The notes beneath the pieces are model-generated. The model ran no database searches. It worked only from the letters and a program-made list of their open reading frames with translations, and was not told the origin of the DNA. A program made the translations under genes and the position numbers. From contig JBQTJS010000050.1 in assembly GCA_052386875.1 (NCBI GenBank), positions 1,032-65,031 of the forward strand: DNA of 64,000 bases. Reading direction: 5' to 3'. Positions within the stretch are counted from its first letter, which is position 1. Each line of letters starts with the position of its first letter. Shown here one piece after another: positions 42,574 to 53,193 of the stretch. This stretch comes from Gemmatimonadaceae bacterium. GTDB taxonomy: Bacteria; Gemmatimonadota; Gemmatimonadetes; Gemmatimonadales; Gemmatimonadaceae.

Positions 42574-42966
42574 TCACACGCGGCACGTCGTTCCGTTGAT
42601 CTCCACGGTGGCGCTGAGCGCCTGGCCGAGATTGTTGTAGGTGACGCTCGTCACCCGGCCCGTATAGCGCTCAGTCCCCGTAGTGCAGCGGATATCGAAA
42701 GTCCAGCTTATACGACGGCCGAATTGGTCGAACTGGATGTTCGAGATTGTGGAGCTTATCGAGCTACAGTCGGTGCGGATGCTCAGCCCGTTGCTGCTGA
42801 GAGAGACGCGCGAGCAGACAGTCTCCCTCGGGCTTGCGGGACCGTCATCACCGCCGCCGCACGCGACCGCCGAGCCCGATGTGCCTAACGCAAGGACGAG
42901 TGCCACGGCGCCGGTCGACGGCGCGAGCCCGACGAGCGCGCGCCGCAGAATCTTCGTAATCCGCAT
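42574..42966 (-). CDS. Small hypothetical lipoprotein, Cys-containing
   Basis: 130-aa protein with a signal peptide ending in the lipobox-like AVAC followed by GGGDDGP. There are four further Cys residues. Confidence 0.5.
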   Translation of the reverse strand: MRITKILRRALVGLAPSTGAVALVLALGTSGSAVACGGGDDGPASPRETVCSRVSLSSNGLSIRTDCSSISSTISNIQFDQFGRRISWTFDIRCTTGTERYTGRVTSVTYNNLGQALSATVEINGTTCRV

Positions 42967-43029
42967 GGAAACCTCAGGGACATGACTCCAGTTCTAGAGT
43001 CGCCGTCGCCGGGCAAACGTGACCGGCTC

Positions 43030-43272
43030 CTAGCAGGGCAGGGCGCTGCCGTTCCCCTGCGGCGGCTGCGCATCCCCATCTCTCGCGTTCGTGGCGAGGC
43101 CGCTGCGCCGCGGCCGTGCGAGCGCGAACCTGCCAACCGCTCCCTGGCAGAGCGGGCAATGAAGGAGGTGGATCTCGAACGCCTCCATCGCGGCGGGCTC
43201 CAGCTGACCGGCGACGTAGCGACTCACCACCTCATCATCCAGGTTGGAGGCGCACGGGCGCGCCGGTGTCAT
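43030..43272 (-). CDS. zf-HC2 (anti-sigma-factor-type zinc finger) protein, short, with no TM segment
   Basis: CASNLDDEVVSRYVAGQLEPAAMEAFEIHLLHCPLCQ matches the C..x..H-x3-C-x2-C anti-sigma N-terminal domain. Confidence 0.6.
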   Translation of the reverse strand: MTPARPCASNLDDEVVSRYVAGQLEPAAMEAFEIHLLHCPLCQGAVGRFALARPRRSGLATNARDGDAQPPQGNGSALPC

Positions 43273-43389
43273 GGCGGTTTAGTCGCCAACGGCGAGAAAA
43301 CGTGACCGCATTGCCGGCGCGACGCGGCCACCGTTAGGCGCCCCGGCCTTGCGCCCACAACGCTCCGCCTCTTAAGTCACGCCCCGCCC

Positions 43390-44649
43390 ATGCTGCTTTT
43401 CACCAACGCCTCACAGGTTGTCACGTGTGCCGGGCGGGCCGCAGCTCGCCGCGGTACCGAAATGTCCGACTGCGCTGTTATCCCCCAAGGGGCTGTCGCG
43501 GTCGAGGGAGAGCGCATCGTAGCAGTCGGACCGCGGGCTGAGATCGAGATGCGCTTCGATCGGGGAGAGCAGATCGACTGCCGGGGTTGCGTGCTCCTCC
43601 CTGGCCTCGTGGACTCCCATACGCACGCAGTCTTCGGCAGGCCGCGGCACGAGGAGCAGGAACTCCGCGCGCTGGGCGCTGACTACATGGAAATTGCTCG
43701 AAGTGGCGGCGGTATCCATGCATCAGTACGCGACTTACGTGGCCGCACCGGAGACGATCTCTACGCGCTCGCAGTCCCTCGGTTGCAGCGCCTCGCTGCC
43801 TACGGAACGACCACCGTCGAGATCAAGTCCGGGTACGGTTTGACGCTGGACGATGAGCTGAAAATGCTCGACGTGATCCGCCGGTTGGCTTACTCAGTTC
43901 CACTCCGCCTCGTTCCTACTTTCCTCGGTGCGCATGAGATCCCACTCGAGGCGCGCGCGACGCCGGCAGGACGTGCCGATTATCTGCGCTTGCTCGTCAC
44001 TGACATGATTCCGCGGGTAGCGGCCGGTGACCTCGCGCGGTTCGTCGACGTGTTCTGCGAGCCGGGTGTTTTCACCGTGGACGAGTCGCGGTCGATCCTG
44101 TCGGCCGCACGCGACGCGAAGTTGGGCCTGAAACTGCACGCAGACGAGCTGCACCCGTCGGGTGGAGCGGAGCTGGCTGCGGAGTTAGGCGCTACTTCGG
44201 CCGATCACCTTGCGGCAATCTCGCACGATGGGATCCGGGCGCTCGCGGCATGTGGGACGGTTGCCACGTTGCTACCGGGGACCATGCTGTTTCTAGGCAA
44301 GGATCGCCAGGCGCCCGCGAGGGCGCTGATCGAGGAGGGAGCGGCCGTCGCGTTGGCGACGGATTTCAATCCCGGCACCTCGCCAACGGTCAACTTCCCG
44401 CTGATCCTCACGCTGGCCGTGAGTCAGCTGCGGATGTCGGTCGCGGAGGCGATCATCGCCGCTACTGTGAACGGCGCGGCAGCGTTAGGCCTCGCGGATC
44501 GGGTCGGCCAGATCGCCCCGGGATTCTCCGCGGACCTCGCGCTGTTCGAAATCGAAGACGTGCGCGAGCTGCCGTACTGGTACGGCGACCGCCGCTGTCG
44601 CGCGACGTGGATCCGAGGTCGTCCGGGAGTTCGCGAAGCAACAACGTGA
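43390..44649 (+). CDS. hutI: Imidazolonepropionase
   Basis: Amidohydrolase fold with VDSHTH, and later the HADE and DFNPG motifs; 419 aa. Confidence 0.9.
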   Translation: MLLFTNASQVVTCAGRAAARRGTEMSDCAVIPQGAVAVEGERIVAVGPRAEIEMRFDRGEQIDCRGCVLLPGLVDSHTHAVFGRPRHEEQELRALGADYMEIARSGGGIHASVRDLRGRTGDDLYALAVPRLQRLAAYGTTTVEIKSGYGLTLDDELKMLDVIRRLAYSVPLRLVPTFLGAHEIPLEARATPAGRADYLRLLVTDMIPRVAAGDLARFVDVFCEPGVFTVDESRSILSAARDAKLGLKLHADELHPSGGAELAAELGATSADHLAAISHDGIRALAACGTVATLLPGTMLFLGKDRQAPARALIEEGAAVALATDFNPGTSPTVNFPLILTLAVSQLRMSVAEAIIAATVNGAAALGLADRVGQIAPGFSADLALFEIEDVRELPYWYGDRRCRATWIRGRPGVREATT

Positions 44650-44711
44650 GTCGCGCGAGCCGTGCCTAACCTGGCATCGGAACGCCGGCCGAATCAGTCC
44701 GCAGGGCGCCG

Positions 44712-47588
44712 ATGTCCCAAGTTTCCAGGCTCAAAAAAAAGGCCGCCGACCTAGAGCAGAAGAAGCAGCTGGACCGGGCTCTCGAGGCCTATGTCGAACT
44801 CCTCGAGAGTGTGGGGCACGACATCGACGATGCCGACATCCCCCTCTACAACAAGGTTGGCGACCTCCTGAGTCGCAAAAGTGGCGCCCACGATGCGCTC
44901 ACCTATTACGAGAAAGCCGTTGACCTGTACGCCGAACGTGGCTTTCTCAACAACGCAATCGCCCTGTGTAACAAGATCCTGCGCCAGTCGCCCGGCCGCA
45001 GCGTCATCTACTACAAGCTCGGCAGGATCAGCGCCGTAAAGGGTTTCAAGAGCGACGCTAAGCGCAATTTCCTGGAGTACGCCGACCGCATGGAAAAGGC
45101 GGGGAAGCGCGATGAAGCGTTCCGTGCACTCAAGGAATTCGCCGATCTGTCTCCCGATCAGGACGATGTGCGGCTGATGCTGGCGGACCACCTCGCGCGC
45201 GACAACCGACGCGATGAGGCGATAGAGCAGCTGCAGGTGCTGCACGCAAAACTGCAGGAGGAAGGGCGCACGGCTGAGGCGCGGGCTACGCTGGATCGCA
45301 TGAAGGCGATCGATCCTGACGTAGAGCCGCAGCAATCCGGCGCGTATCTCAGCGTCAAATCCAATGATCTGGTTTTCCTGGACCTGGACGATTTCGGCGG
45401 AGCGAATGAGTCGCCCAGCACGCCTTCAGGCTCGCGAACGATCGAGTCTGGGCGGGTCGCGCCGCCCAATGCAGGGTCTGTCGAAGGCAGCCCGGCATTA
45501 TCGGGGATTACGCGCAGCCGCGTGGAAGATGCAGCTCGGGACGAGCGGGCGGCCGGGATCGAAAGCGTCGACAGATTCACGCCGACCGGTGAGGAGTGGA
45601 GCCTAACGCCTGACGACGTCGCTCCCGTAGCTGATGTCGAGGTAACTCCGGAGTTCCCGGCCCCCGATTCTTTCGCCGACAACACTCTCTCCGAGAGCGA
45701 ATTCGGGCAATTGCAGCTCGCGGCGGCGGATGAGGGCCTCGAGCCACGGCCGCACGATCTCGCCCTGCCGAGCGACCTTCCGCTGATCCAGTTCACGGGT
45801 GAGGTCGAAGCGATAGAGCCTGGGATCGACTTCGAGGCCGTAGAGACTGTCGAGTCGGCGATCCTCGATCTGGAGCTTCCCGAGGCGGTCGACATCGACG
45901 GTGAGATCATGTCTCCAATCGCTCAGTCGGCTGCAGGCCCGGGTGACGCCGTGACTGAGCCGGTCGCGGCGCCGGTCGAGGAGTCGCAACCCGTGCCGCC
46001 GGAACGAGCGGAGGCATCTCCTGCGCATGATCAGGAATCGCTGCTGACTGTAGAGTCTTCCGTCACTTCGCTCGAGTGGGAGGATCTCGCCGCGGCCGCG
46101 GCCCTGCACGACGTGGAACCTCTGATGGTTCCCCCGTCGAGCGCGCCTGACGCCGCTGGGGAATCGGAGCCGGCTGCGGAAATCGATCCGGATTTCCTGA
46201 CGAAAGATCCGACGTTCGGCGGCGTCACGATGGAAACAGATCCTAGCTTTGCGCCGCTGCCGCCTTTGTCGGCCGAGACTCTGGAGCTTGTCGGCGTGTC
46301 GCAGGAGGGCGTGGCGGCGAGGGGGCCTGGCGCTGGAGAGTCGCCTAACGAGCAAACCTCGGCGCCGCGGGATACGGAAGCGGCGCCCCAGGCGTCTCAA
46401 GAAGTTGCCGAGTCGCTGCCTGCTCGAGCGACCCCGCCGCGTGCGCAGGCCGTGCGCGCGGGAGTCGAGGCCCTGCGCGAGCAGCTGGCCGCTGCCCCTC
46501 GCAATGCAGGGCTGCGGCGCAGGTACGCCGAGGCGCTGCTCGAGATCGGCAAGCGGAATGAGGGACTCGAGGAACTGGACGCGGCGATGCGGACCGCGGA
46601 GGAGCGGGGTGACCTCGACACCGCGTGGGACATCGTTGCTGAAATGCTACGACTCGTCCCCGAGTCGGTGCGGCACCACCAGAAGGCCGTCGAATACGCG
46701 GTGCGTTGTAGCGACCGTCCGCGCCTTGTCGACGCGTACGTCGCTTTGGCGGACGCGCTCTTCCGCGGCGGCGAGCACGAGAAGTCCGAGGCCGTGTACG
46801 GCCGCGTGCTCGAGCTGGAGCCTAACGAGGAGCGTGCGTGGCAGGCGCTGCAGCTGCTCTCCGATGACGCGGCAACGCCGCCGGCGGCCCCCTCTGTCGA
46901 GGAGCCGCCCTCGGCGGGCGTCGGGGAAGACGTCCTCGGTGCGGAAGTGGATGCTGCGTTCGCGGAAGCAGCCTTCAGCGAATCGCCGGTCGCGTCCGTG
47001 TCGCCCGTCCCTACGGAGGATGGCGATGGCGAGGCCGCCCTTGCAGAACGTGGCGACGGCGATTTCGTGGATCTCGGCGCATGGCTCCGGACAGAGCAGC
47101 CGCTGCGTTCGACGCGCATGGTCGTGGACGACGCGAAGCCAACCGGAGACGAAAAAGCAGACTTCGATGACATGCTACGCCGCTTCAAGGAAGGCGTCGC
47201 TGCAAACGTTGACGAGGAAGACTTCGATAGCCACTACGACCTGGGCGTGGCGTTCAAGGAGATGGGTCTCATCGATGACGCCATTTCGCAATTTCAGAAG
47301 GCACTGCGATCCAACGGTCACCGCACGCGTGCCTACGAAGCGCTTGGCCAGTGCTTCGTAGAAAAGGACCAGCATCAAGTCGCGGCGACGCTGCTCGCGC
47401 GCGCCGTCGAGACCACCGGGGCTGACGACCGGGAGCTGATCGGGACACTCTACTTGGCGGGGTACGCGTGCGAGCGGCTGCAGCGGCATCGTGAGGCAGT
47501 GGGTTATTATCAACGTGTCTTCGCGGTAGACGTGGACTTCCGCGATGTGTCCGAGAGAATCCGATCGCTGGATCCCCAGGGTACGTGA
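44712..47588 (+). CDS. Large TPR-repeat protein with a long acidic, low-complexity central region
   Basis: 958-aa protein. It has N-terminal TPR-like helices, about 400 aa of E/D/P/A-rich linker, and C-terminal TPRs (HYDLGVAFKEMGLIDDAISQFQKAL). Confidence 0.75.
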   Translation: MSQVSRLKKKAADLEQKKQLDRALEAYVELLESVGHDIDDADIPLYNKVGDLLSRKSGAHDALTYYEKAVDLYAERGFLNNAIALCNKILRQSPGRSVIYYKLGRISAVKGFKSDAKRNFLEYADRMEKAGKRDEAFRALKEFADLSPDQDDVRLMLADHLARDNRRDEAIEQLQVLHAKLQEEGRTAEARATLDRMKAIDPDVEPQQSGAYLSVKSNDLVFLDLDDFGGANESPSTPSGSRTIESGRVAPPNAGSVEGSPALSGITRSRVEDAARDERAAGIESVDRFTPTGEEWSLTPDDVAPVADVEVTPEFPAPDSFADNTLSESEFGQLQLAAADEGLEPRPHDLALPSDLPLIQFTGEVEAIEPGIDFEAVETVESAILDLELPEAVDIDGEIMSPIAQSAAGPGDAVTEPVAAPVEESQPVPPERAEASPAHDQESLLTVESSVTSLEWEDLAAAAALHDVEPLMVPPSSAPDAAGESEPAAEIDPDFLTKDPTFGGVTMETDPSFAPLPPLSAETLELVGVSQEGVAARGPGAGESPNEQTSAPRDTEAAPQASQEVAESLPARATPPRAQAVRAGVEALREQLAAAPRNAGLRRRYAEALLEIGKRNEGLEELDAAMRTAEERGDLDTAWDIVAEMLRLVPESVRHHQKAVEYAVRCSDRPRLVDAYVALADALFRGGEHEKSEAVYGRVLELEPNEERAWQALQLLSDDAATPPAAPSVEEPPSAGVGEDVLGAEVDAAFAEAAFSESPVASVSPVPTEDGDGEAALAERGDGDFVDLGAWLRTEQPLRSTRMVVDDAKPTGDEKADFDDMLRRFKEGVAANVDEEDFDSHYDLGVAFKEMGLIDDAISQFQKALRSNGHRTRAYEALGQCFVEKDQHQVAATLLARAVETTGADDRELIGTLYLAGYACERLQRHREAVGYYQRVFAVDVDFRDVSERIRSLDPQGT

Positions 47589-48589
47589 CCGTTCGCAATC
47601 ATTTGTCGCCGGCCGGCGCGGCGGCGCTGCGCGACATTCAGGCGCCTGTTGCCGGCGCGCTCGATCGCGTGCTGGAGCATATGCAGCGCATAGTCGCGGA
47701 GGACACGCCGCTGGTGCGCGACGTGGCCGATCATCTCATGCTGATGCGAGGCAAGATGATGCGGCCGACGTTGCTTCTGCTTGCCAGCGAAGTGGACGGT
47801 GCGCCGGACGGCAACGCCGCTTCCTATGCGGCGGTAGTGGAGTTGATCCACTTGGCTACGCTGGTGCACGACGACGCCGTAGATCACAGCGTGCTGCGGC
47901 GCGGGATGCCGACGGTGAACGCGCTGTTCAGCCACCAAGTCTCGGTCATCATGGGCGACTTCCTGTATTCGCGCGCCCTCCTGGAACTCGTTAGGCTCGG
48001 CGATCTGGAGCGGCTGGGAGTGCTCGCACGGGCGTCGAACGAGCTTACCGTAGGCGAGATCAGCCAGTTGGCTGCTCTCGACGCGCTGGCCTTCTCGGAG
48101 CGGGATTACGACGCGCTCATCCGGGCCAAGACAGCGGCATTGTTCGCCGCTGCCTGCGAGGTCGGCGCGCTCAGCGGCGCGCCGCAGTACCGCAGTGCGC
48201 TGCGCGAGTTCGGCATCGCGTTAGGCATGGCGTTTCAGATCGTGGATGATCTACTTGATTATACGGAGTCGTCGCAGACGATAGGGAAGCCCAGCGGCCT
48301 GGATCTGCGCGAACACAAGGTGACCCTCCCGTTGATCGCAGCGCTCCCCGCGCTCTCGCCGACCGACCGGAAGCTCGTGGAAGAGCTATTCGGCAGCGCC
48401 GCACCCCACGATGATTTGGTGAACCGCGTCGCCGACGTCGTGCGCAACGCCGGCGGGTTGGAGTACGCTAAGCAGCGCAGTGAAGAACGCGCGCAGCAGG
48501 CAGAGGCGGCGCTCGCAGCCCTGCCGGAGGGGGACGTCAAGACGGCGCTGCTGGATACCATCCACTACGTATTGGAGCGCAAAACATAA
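47585..48589 (+). CDS. Polyprenyl diphosphate synthase (IspB/octaprenyl-type)
   Basis: GTG start overlapping the upstream stop. First and second Asp-rich motifs [10 protein letters not shown] and DDLLD. Confidence 0.9.
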   Translation: MTVRNHLSPAGAAALRDIQAPVAGALDRVLEHMQRIVAEDTPLVRDVADHLMLMRGKMMRPTLLLLASEVDGAPDGNAASYAAVVELIHLATLVHDDAVDHSVLRRGMPTVNALFSHQVSVIMGDFLYSRALLELVRLGDLERLGVLARASNELTVGEISQLAALDALAFSERDYDALIRAKTAALFAAACEVGALSGAPQYRSALREFGIALGMAFQIVDDLLDYTESSQTIGKPSGLDLREHKVTLPLIAALPALSPTDRKLVEELFGSAAPHDDLVNRVADVVRNAGGLEYAKQRSEERAQQAEAALAALPEGDVKTALLDTIHYVLERKT

Positions 48590-48591
48590 CG

Positions 48592-48873
48592 ATGGCTTCC
48601 AAGCCGATTGCCCGGCACCGCCCTGGATTCTACGCCCTGATCCTGGCCATCGGGTTCATGGTCGGCGGCCTGCTCAACGTCGTGGCCCGGCGCTATTTCC
48701 CGGCCGGCGCCGTCAAGGAGCTGCTCACCACCGGAGTCACCCCTTCGTTCGGCCCATTGCACGTCGATCTGGTTATCTTGAAGTTTGCCCTCGGCCCCGT
48801 CGCGATGGACGTGTCACTCTTGAGCCTAGTCGGGGTACTCCTGGCATATCTCGTCGCGCGGTCGCTTTTCTAG
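48592..48873 (+). CDS. Small membrane protein (DUF4321-like)
   Basis: 93-aa protein with two hydrophobic helices, tightly packed after the polyprenyl synthase gene. Confidence 0.6.
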   Translation: MASKPIARHRPGFYALILAIGFMVGGLLNVVARRYFPAGAVKELLTTGVTPSFGPLHVDLVILKFALGPVAMDVSLLSLVGVLLAYLVARSLF

Positions 48874-48881
48874 GAGAGCGT

Positions 48882-49148
48882 ATGAACTTCGGTAATATCG
48901 GTTTTCCGGAACTGATGCTGATCGCGGTCGTTGTGCTCCTGCTGTTCGGTGCCAAGCGACTCCCCGAGATCGGTGCATCGATGGGGCGCAGCATCAAAGA
49001 GTTCAAACGCGGCCTCGAAGGGATGGACAAGTCGATCAAGGAAAGCTCGCGCGATCAGTCACAAATCGCGGGCGAGCAGCGCAGCGACCAGGTTGCGGCC
49101 GGCTCCGAAAAAGAGGAGCAGCCGGAGCCTAAACGGCTGATGAGTTAG
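48882..49148 (+). CDS. tatA: Twin-arginine translocase subunit TatA/E
   Basis: The ATG at 48882 is preceded by GGAGAG. The protein starts [31 protein letters not shown]. Confidence 0.9.
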   Translation: MNFGNIGFPELMLIAVVVLLLFGAKRLPEIGASMGRSIKEFKRGLEGMDKSIKESSRDQSQIAGEQRSDQVAAGSEKEEQPEPKRLMS

Positions 49149-50977
49149 CTGGTCTGCCGCCGGGCGGCCGCAGCGATCTCCGCTCGGTTATCTTCGACAT
49201 CTGCATTCTTGCGCAGCGCGTCGAAGAAGGCGCGCACACGCTGATCGCGTAGAGCAGCCAGGGCACGCTCACGACGTTCCGATTTGACGCTGTCGAACTC
49301 CGCTCGACTGGCCTCCACGCGACGATCTACCCGCAGGACGAAGACAGCTTCGTCCGTTGCGACAGGAGCACTGATCCCCCCAACGGGTAAGCCGAATGCG
49401 GCGCCTATCGCGCGATTTATCCGCCCGAGGCTCCCTGCGAATGCCCCACGCGTGAATGGATCCGACTTTTCCACCGTCAAGCCGGCACTTTGCGCTGCCC
49501 CTTCGAGGGACGACTTCAGCGCGGCCGACGCGAACTCGGCGGCGCGCGGGATCAGTGCCTGAATCTTCGCCCGCATGAGGAGTTCGCTGCGGATCTCATC
49601 CCGTACCTCCGTGAACGGCACCGTGCCGCTCGGGGTCAGCGAATCGAGCCGCGCCAGGTAGTAGGCGCCCTCGCTGTCGAGGAGTGAACTCGTTTCGCCC
49701 GGTTCGACGCCGCCGAATGCCCACGCCGCAACGCCAGGAAGAGCACCGCCGGATCCAAAGAGCGGCTGCCCCTCGACGACCGTCAGCGTCTCCTTTTCGA
49801 GTCCAAGTACCTTAGCCGCCGAGTCGAGACGTGCGGGCTCGTTTTGCTCGGCCGCTAGGCGCGCCAGCGAATCGGCGCGGCGATCGGTGCGTAGCGCCGA
49901 CGAGTCGCTCTGTTGGATGCGCAGTAGGATGTGACTCGGGGTGATGGAGTCACCCTTGCGCTGATCGAGCCGGATCAGATGATAGCCGAACTGCGTGAGG
50001 ACGGGCTGCGAGATCTCGCCGACGCGTAATGCGTAGGCGGCCTTTTCGAATTCCTCCGCGAATCGATTGCGTCCGCCGATGCCTAACGAGCCGCCCTGCG
50101 CGGCGCTCACGGAGTCGGCCGATTCACGACGCGCTACGTCGGCGAACGACGAGCCTCCGGAAACGATCTCGTCACGCAGACGCACAACGCGCGCACGGAT
50201 CGCCGTGCTGTCGGCGGCGGTGACCGTGCGAGGGATGGCGAGGACCGACACGACCGCACGCCCGGGCCGTTCGAAAACCGCTCTATTGCGATCGTAGTAG
50301 GCACGCAGCTCGGCATCGCTGACTCGCACGGCGGAGTCCGCCACGCTAGTAGGATCGAACCGCACGTACGTCACTCGCGCCGTGTCGTTGGCGTCCTGGT
50401 AAGCGCTCCATAACCGCTCGTCGGAGACGTAGACGTCTGCGACGAGTTGGTCCATCAGCTTGGCTCGCCGAATTGCCTCGCGATAATAGTTCTCCAGCTG
50501 GATCAACAGTCCTTGCGTGCGGGCAGCCGGGCTGCGGAGGAATCGTCGATACTTCTCGATATCGAAGCGGCCCTCCGTCTGCAGCTCCGGGCTCTGCATC
50601 AGTTCCGGCGGAGGAGACATCTGCGCCGCCTGCTGGATATCGGACTCGGTCACTTGAATACCGCGCCTGGCGTACTCTTTCTGGAGCAGGATGTCGGTGA
50701 CCATCTGCTCGAAAGTCTGGTCGCGGACCTGCTCGATCTCGTCGAGCGAAAGGCTCCGCCCCATGCGCTGTTCCTGTGCCTGGACGGCGTTCTGCGCGGC
50801 CGTTTCGTACGCCAGGTATGGTATGTCGGTCCCTTCGACCGTAGCTACCACGGTCGTATTCGTCACGGGGCCGCGCCCGATCAAGCCAGAGGTATCGAAT
50901 AGGAGGAAGCCGCCGATAAAGGCGAGAATTATGATGATCCAGATGTATTTTGCGGCGCTCCGAAATGACTGCAGCAC
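49145..50977 (-). CDS. Periplasmic chaperone / parvulin-type peptidyl-prolyl isomerase (PpiD/SurA-like)
   Basis: N-terminal TM anchor, a SurA_N-like region and a parvulin domain ([13 protein letters not shown]); 610 aa. Confidence 0.85.
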   Translation of the reverse strand: MLQSFRSAAKYIWIIIILAFIGGFLLFDTSGLIGRGPVTNTTVVATVEGTDIPYLAYETAAQNAVQAQEQRMGRSLSLDEIEQVRDQTFEQMVTDILLQKEYARRGIQVTESDIQQAAQMSPPPELMQSPELQTEGRFDIEKYRRFLRSPAARTQGLLIQLENYYREAIRRAKLMDQLVADVYVSDERLWSAYQDANDTARVTYVRFDPTSVADSAVRVSDAELRAYYDRNRAVFERPGRAVVSVLAIPRTVTAADSTAIRARVVRLRDEIVSGGSSFADVARRESADSVSAAQGGSLGIGGRNRFAEEFEKAAYALRVGEISQPVLTQFGYHLIRLDQRKGDSITPSHILLRIQQSDSSALRTDRRADSLARLAAEQNEPARLDSAAKVLGLEKETLTVVEGQPLFGSGGALPGVAAWAFGGVEPGETSSLLDSEGAYYLARLDSLTPSGTVPFTEVRDEIRSELLMRAKIQALIPRAAEFASAALKSSLEGAAQSAGLTVEKSDPFTRGAFAGSLGRINRAIGAAFGLPVGGISAPVATDEAVFVLRVDRRVEASRAEFDSVKSERRERALAALRDQRVRAFFDALRKNADVEDNRAEIAAAARRQTS

Positions 50978-51156
50978 GCTGCGCGACCTCGCGCGAAAGG
51001 GTTGTAATTTGTGAGTCTGGAGAGACCAAAAAAAGCTAGGCGTCGCCGGAAGCTAAAATCAAGTGAACGTGTCACTTCTGATTGACTTCGGTCGTCTGCT
51101 CGGAGAAAGTTCACGCCCTTGGCCGCCTCCAGCGGCTCTGTTAGTGAGGCCTTGGT

Positions 51157-53193
51157 ATGGCGACGTCTTCTAGGTTGGACGAACTCCAACAGAGGTTCCA
51201 GGAGAATCCGCGACGGTACTTCGCTCCGCTGGCGAACGAGCTACGCAAGCTGGGAGACCTGGATCAGGCGGTCGCCTTATGCCGCGCGCATCTGCCGCAG
51301 CAGCCGGGCCATGTTAGCGGTCACATTGTGTTGGCGCAGTCGTTACTCGAGGCCGGAGTTGTCGAGGAGGCTCGCGCCACTTTCGAGTCGGCGCTGGATC
51401 TAGACCCGGAGAACCTCATCGCGCTGCGATCGCTCGGCGACATGGCGCGGCGCCAGGGTGATCCGCTGACGGCGCGTCAGTGGTACGAACGGGTGTTGGA
51501 GGCCGATCCGCGCAACGACGAGATCGCGACCTTGATCAACGATCTCGCAGCATCGGGCGCAGCGGCAGTGGTACCGGGTGCGGCCGAGGCGGAGCTAGCG
51601 GAGCCGATCGCCGACACAGAAGCGCCTAACGTGGGCCAGGCGGCGCATGACGAGGCGCCGGCGGTTCCGGCTGACGAGTGGCTGCCTGACGTGGCGCGCG
51701 CCGTGCCTGCCGACGCGCTGACGCCTGCTGAGCCGGCGGCCGACACCGCTGACGAGACGGTGCCTAACGAACCGGCGGCGATTCCTGCTCCCGCGGACGC
51801 GGTCGACGATTGGGCCGCTCCTCGGCAGCCCGAATTGGCAACAGGTCAGCCTCGCGCGGACGCGGTCGACGATTGGGCTGCTCCTCGGCAGCCCGAACTG
51901 GCAACAGGTCAGCCGGACACGGCTTCGGATTACTTTTACGCGGAGAGCTTGCCGGCCGCCTCCGAGCCTGCAGTTCCACTGGCGGCGGACGCGGAGGCGC
52001 AGCCGCAAGCGTTCGAAGCGCTGGACCTGAGCGCCTTCGAAGCTGTGGCCGACGGCGAAGATGTCGAGCCGCTGTCAGCCATGCCGACAGCCTACGACGA
52101 GCGAGAGCCGGCGCCGACAGCCTACTACGAGCAAGAGCCGGCGCAGCGCGCCCCCGATACGCTCGAACCCGAGCCCGCGGCGGAACGGGAAGCAGACTAC
52201 GAGGCTGCGGCCGAGCCACGCGGACCGGCTCCCGGCGATGACTGGTTTGCGGCCGCGGAGAGCGCCGGCCATTCCCTAACGAGCGAAACCGCCGGTGCGC
52301 CGGTCGACCTTGACGCGGCCTTCCGCGACGTCCTGCCTAACAGCGCCGCCGCGCCGGCTCCGGAAGCGCCGGTGCCGATGGAGGAGGAGTTATCGCAGGA
52401 TCTGTATGCTGGATGGGACGTGCACGAGAGCGCGGCGATCGCTGCTGACGATGCGGCTTTCGTTGCGCCTGGCGACGCAACAGTCGTCACGCCGCAGCAC
52501 GTCGATGCGCTGATCGGGCGGACACCGGACGACGGCGTGCCCGCCATCGACGTCCCGAGCGGGGCGTTTGTGACCGAGACGATGGCGGAGTTGTACCTGC
52601 AGCAGGGCTTCCGCGAGGAAGCGCTCGCTGTCTACCAGCGACTCTTAGCGCGCAGCCCGGACGACGGCTCCATCCGCGCGCGTGTGCACGCTCTGGAGGT
52701 CGGGGAGGAGCCTGCGCTGGCTGGGATCGACGCGGCGGTCCCCGTTGAAGAAGTGGAGCCTCCCCCAGCGCTGCGAATGCCACGCGCGGATGCGGCGGGC
52801 CAGTCGATGCGAGCCTTCTTGAGCGTCCTCGCTAGGCGTCGGGCGCCGCTACGCACTGACGAGCGCGCGACGCCTCCAACGGATGAAGCGCGAGCGCCTG
52901 ACGAGGGCGGCCTCAGCGCGCTGCTGGGCGCCCAGAATAGCGCCGATGAGGGGTCGGCGAGCGTCCTGGCGGCCGCGTTCGTGGAGCCTAACGCAGTGAC
53001 GGCGCTCCCGGGCCGGCCGTCGCGTGCAGCCGACGCCGAGCTGTCTTTGCGCGAGGTGTTCAAGGGGCGTGGAGCCTCGTTCGACGAGTTCTTCAGCACA
53101 GAACGTGAAAGCACAACGGCCGATCCCCTTGACGGGGACGGGTCCGACATGCTGCAATTCACGGCCTGGCTCGAAGGACTAAGGAAAAAGTGA
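51157..53193 (+). CDS. TPR-repeat protein with an acidic repeat-containing central region
   Basis: 678-aa protein. It has N-terminal TPRs, an E/D/P/A-rich middle with an internal 21-aa tandem duplication, and a C-terminal TPR (AELYLQQGFREEALAVYQRLL). Confidence 0.75.
   Translation: MATSSRLDELQQRFQENPRRYFAPLANELRKLGDLDQAVALCRAHLPQQPGHVSGHIVLAQSLLEAGVVEEARATFESALDLDPENLIALRSLGDMARRQGDPLTARQWYERVLEADPRNDEIATLINDLAASGAAAVVPGAAEAELAEPIADTEAPNVGQAAHDEAPAVPADEWLPDVARAVPADALTPAEPAADTADETVPNEPAAIPAPADAVDDWAAPRQPELATGQPRADAVDDWAAPRQPELATGQPDTASDYFYAESLPAASEPAVPLAADAEAQPQAFEALDLSAFEAVADGEDVEPLSAMPTAYDEREPAPTAYYEQEPAQRAPDTLEPEPAAEREADYEAAAEPRGPAPGDDWFAAAESAGHSLTSETAGAPVDLDAAFRDVLPNSAAAPAPEAPVPMEEELSQDLYAGWDVHESAAIAADDAAFVAPGDATVVTPQHVDALIGRTPDDGVPAIDVPSGAFVTETMAELYLQQGFREEALAVYQRLLARSPDDGSIRARVHALEVGEEPALAGIDAAVPVEEVEPPPALRMPRADAAGQSMRAFLSVLARRRAPLRTDERATPPTDEARAPDEGGLSALLGAQNSADEGSASVLAAAFVEPNAVTALPGRPSRAADAELSLREVFKGRGASFDEFFSTERESTTADPLDGDGSDMLQFTAWLEGLRKK
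51793..51918 (+). repeat. In-frame 63-bp tandem duplication (two copies, 3-4 mismatches) inside the TPR gene
   Basis: It encodes ADAVDDWAAPRQPELATGQP twice. The copies start at 51793 and 51856. Confidence 0.9.
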
